NCBI GenBank assembly: GCA_000934665.2
Contig: JYFJ02002753.1
Location: 1-51,668 of the forward strand
DNA length: 51,668 nt
Direction of reading: 5' to 3'
Source of the DNA: Catajapyx aquilonaris
Taxonomy: Eukaryota
Made by a program: the position numbers and the translations under genes. Below the pieces are notes generated by a model. The model had not been told where the DNA came from. It saw only the letters and a program-made list of their open reading frames with translations, and did no database searches. Below, piece by piece: positions 48,446 through 51,668 of this stretch; the first letter of the stretch is position 1, and every line of letters starts with the position of its first letter.

Positions 48446-51400
48446 ATCTATACTGTGTAAAGTAGGAAGTCCTTAGTTGTGATTATTATCTGTCGCAAAA
48501 GTGCCAGTAGCGGGCCTCAGGAATATCGCGAAAGGAAATATCGATATTATATCAAGGAAGCCCGATTTAAAAATATGGCTGAGGTACTGCAAACATTTCA
48601 AACCAAGGCGACACAGAGCTGGTTATTCATTTCCAATCAACCCCCAGGCAAAACGGGTGAATCGCATTAACGCTGTGACCCATGTAGATGCCGGTGTAGA
48701 TCCGTCAATTCCGCTGCAGCAAGGCGCCACTGCAAACATCGAGTCAGAGACACCGGGGTTTCATCAACGAAACAAAAAAAAAGAAAAAAAGAAGTGAGGC
48801 TGGTAGCAAAATGATGGCCTCTAGAGGCGGTCCAAGCCGGGGCTGCAAAATCGACCACCGTCGACTAAACTGACTAAACGAAAACTTATGATAAATGAGG
48901 CTGGGAGCTAGAATCGGGAGCAGTAATCTGGAGGCTTGACGTGCTCCGCATTAGAAGCGCCATGCGTCGCTTCGATTTCGACGCTTCTGGAGGGAAAACC
49001 CACACCTCAATGGTGTACACTAGCTTTATAACTAAGATGTCGGCACGAAACCAGGTCTTTCATCTTAATCAGGACCCCTCCCCCTTTCGCCCAACCTGAA
49101 GATATTAATGCGCTTCTCGCGGATTAGGATTGTTACTCAAAGTTTCAGATCGGATTAGCAGCCATTTGCAGAGCAATACATTTTACTCAGGGACATTTTG
49201 GCTGGGGGGTTGGAACTCCCTTGACAAAAGTTTCTACCTGGCGGAGTCAAACAATGAAGCTGACCCTGCCATGCTCCAGGCCGCGAACATGTCCTTTCAT
49301 TCTCACTTCCTCCGTAGCCAAGTTTTCTCATCCGGGATCCGGCAGCTCTTATTTCCTCAGAGGGGGGTTCCCTTCTCCGAATTTCTGGGACGAAAGCTCA
49401 CCAGGAAAGTTACAATATGCTTTCTGAAGCTTGGGAGGAGAGAAAAAAAAAAGTTGGAACACAAGTAAGTGAAGTCCCGTTCACTGCGCTGGTAACGTCG
49501 TGATATGGCTTCTGAAGCACTATCAAAGTAGGCGACTTGGAATATAACAGAGTGTCACTTTCAAGTCAAGCCACCGGTAGACAGAAATTAAGTGGTTAGT
49601 TCTTGAAAATATTGCATGTCTGCTCTTGCAGATATGAATTTTGCATTTCAGTCGATGTCATTCTCGTTGGTTATAATTATTTTACTCTTGTCGCCCACCG
49701 TGTTCTTACACACAATACATTTAATTGAAGGGCGTACTGCAGCAATGGGCTTACCCTCATTTTGTAAAAGCGGATAATGTAGACTTTAAAGTTAGTAATG
49801 GTTTTTTTTCTTCAAATTACACAAAAAACCTTCATATTTTGGCACATGTCCGAAACGTTTCATTACAGGTTGACGATCATGAATAAGAAGTATTATTTAT
49901 TTCCACCATTACGGTGGGTTAGCTCCTTGTTGCAGTAAGCACTTCAATTCTTCAAATTTGAATAAAAATACCAGCTATAAAATGAATCCCTTAGGTTCAT
50001 TTGTAAAGAGTTACGGCAAAAGTAAATATTCCAGCAAAGCAGTTATCGACCGTTTAAATTATTTCCTCCTCTTCTATTTTTTTCCTATTAGTAGCGATAG
50101 CCGGGGGGCTTCTCTTGCTACTTCGTCTAATTTATTTCCGTAGAGCAAAGTTTTTAATTGAGAGATTTTCCCTCACCAAATTTTGATCTGCACTATAGCT
50201 ATATGTGCGCTATATGCCGTGGGCTGCGTGGGAGGAAGGTCGTGCATGTCAAAGGTCAGTGACACTGGGACATTTCCCAAGAGAGATCACTCATAACCGT
50301 CCAAAGAATGCTACAAACACCACCAAATTCGTCAATCATATACACAACTATAAATCAATAAACCGATTCCGATTACACCACCTCCCAAAAAAATCGGTCA
50401 TTTTTCCACAACAAAAGCACCGCAAGAGCCCTTAATACCCTCACATCCAATAGGCAACTAAACTGCGAGACTAATTTTCAATCTGCCTTAATTAAGGCAA
50501 TCTGTTCCCATGCAATAATTCAAGATGATCTGATAAGTGCGCATGTAGATTTTACAGCCCTCGCATGTCTGGAAATAGTCCAGGCCACGTCACATGCAAA
50601 CAGATACTTGCGACTTCGTAAACACGGCTCTACAGTTAACGTCACAGACAGGAAAATCCGGGCACAAAACGCCACTTTATCTGCAGACAAATTCTGGCTA
50701 ATTTCACTCCCCCCCATAGAAATAGTAATGAAGAGGCATTAAGCTTGTCGTGGACAGTAATCCATGCTTAGGCAGTGTATTAATGACTGGCTGATTTCTT
50801 AATGTCCCATTAGTCTGTTCGGCGGAGAAGAGTTGGCGAAAAGGAGCTGGGGAAAGAAAAATGGACGCAATAGATTTCTCGTTAAGACATCGGAAGCAAT
50901 GGACGAGGGTTCTATTCCCAACAGATGTCGGTGGCAGGGAGGCAATTATCTAGTGAGCTTTTTTCCGCCGAACGTGACCCCTTTCCCTGTCTCAAATATA
51001 AGTTAGAAAAATCCTAACCAACTGTAATCTGAGGGAGGGAAAAATCGCTTTTCCAACTTCTATGAAAGGAGGGGGNGGGGGGGTCTGGAATAAACTGCGA
51101 TTTTGGGGGGCCCTCCTGGTCACCCCCATCCCCCAGGTTTTTTTAACCAACCGGAAGGAGGATGTATTTGATTTCGCGACTCTTGGTCGAGAGAGTTAGG
51201 CCGCCGTTAGCCGGAAGAGTGGCCCCAGGGGCCAATAGAAACCTGAGGCGCTCTCTTGAGTAACAACCAAGGGGCTCTCTTTTCCCAAACTCTACCTTGG
51301 GTCGATTTTTTAAGGGGAGGGAGGGGGAAGGATGGAGACCAAAAAAAAACCAGCAACCCCCTGCCTTGAATAACATCTGTGGGGTTTGCAAGTGCCCTGA

Positions 51401-51668
51401 GACTATTTTCTGTTTTCTTGCCGCAAGCTGGATGGGCAGAAAGGAGGAGGGCCTAAATGCCATTCCGGAAATCCCAGGAGTGGATCTGTTTACCAATTCG
51501 GACATCTGCCGTGATAGACGTTACTGGAGATGTGCCCAAAAAGGGGAAGTAAACACCACCTAATGCGACAGGCAAAAAAAAAACCATTTATGGCACGTAA
51601 ATGGGACTAAGACGAAGGTGGAGGCGGCTGGGAATTAAATTGTCGTATATGCTATTTGCATCATGTTT

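Noticed and set aside
49545..49580. Solo transposon-end-like words (TACAGAGTGTC here; also ~13805, ~48105, ~4272-4310, ~11914-12014)
   Set aside because: No convincing partner TIR or TSD was found, so element boundaries cannot be supported.
15400..51668. Numerous 60-170 aa ORFs (e.g. 27745-28263, 32472-32930, 47572-48027)
   Set aside because: No recognisable domains, many use non-ATG starts or cross homopolymers, and they are consistent with chance ORFs. The exception is the LINE fragment at 38838.

Overview
Eukaryotic, probably arthropod, genomic DNA: it has spliceosomal introns, a mei-P26-type TRIM-NHL gene, a (TTAGG)n tract and tRNA-derived SINEs. About 0.1-3.7 kb is a nest of foldback elements and MITEs. 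About 4.4-4.8 kb holds an apparently intact minus-strand exon encoding one RRM domain. About 6.3-13.2 kb is an unprocessed minus-strand pseudogene of a mei-P26-like RING/coiled-coil/NHL protein, with stops, frameshifts, an exonic MITE, and an intronic LINE, mariner derivative, hAT MITE and SINEs. About 13.5-14.9 kb carries two more decayed exons with a PIP-box/NLS motif. Several small lesions in this 4-15 kb block resemble hAT transposon excision footprints centred on GGCC/TAGGCCTA. The remaining ~36 kb is mostly non-coding, with scattered SINEs, MITEs, a LINE 3' end and one plausible TATA/CRE promoter plus first coding exon at ~34.1-34.3 kb. By eye it also shows a ~1.3-1.6 kb alternation of GC/homopolymer-rich and AT-rich blocks. 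All calls were made by reading the sequence and from recalled family consensus; no database searches were run.
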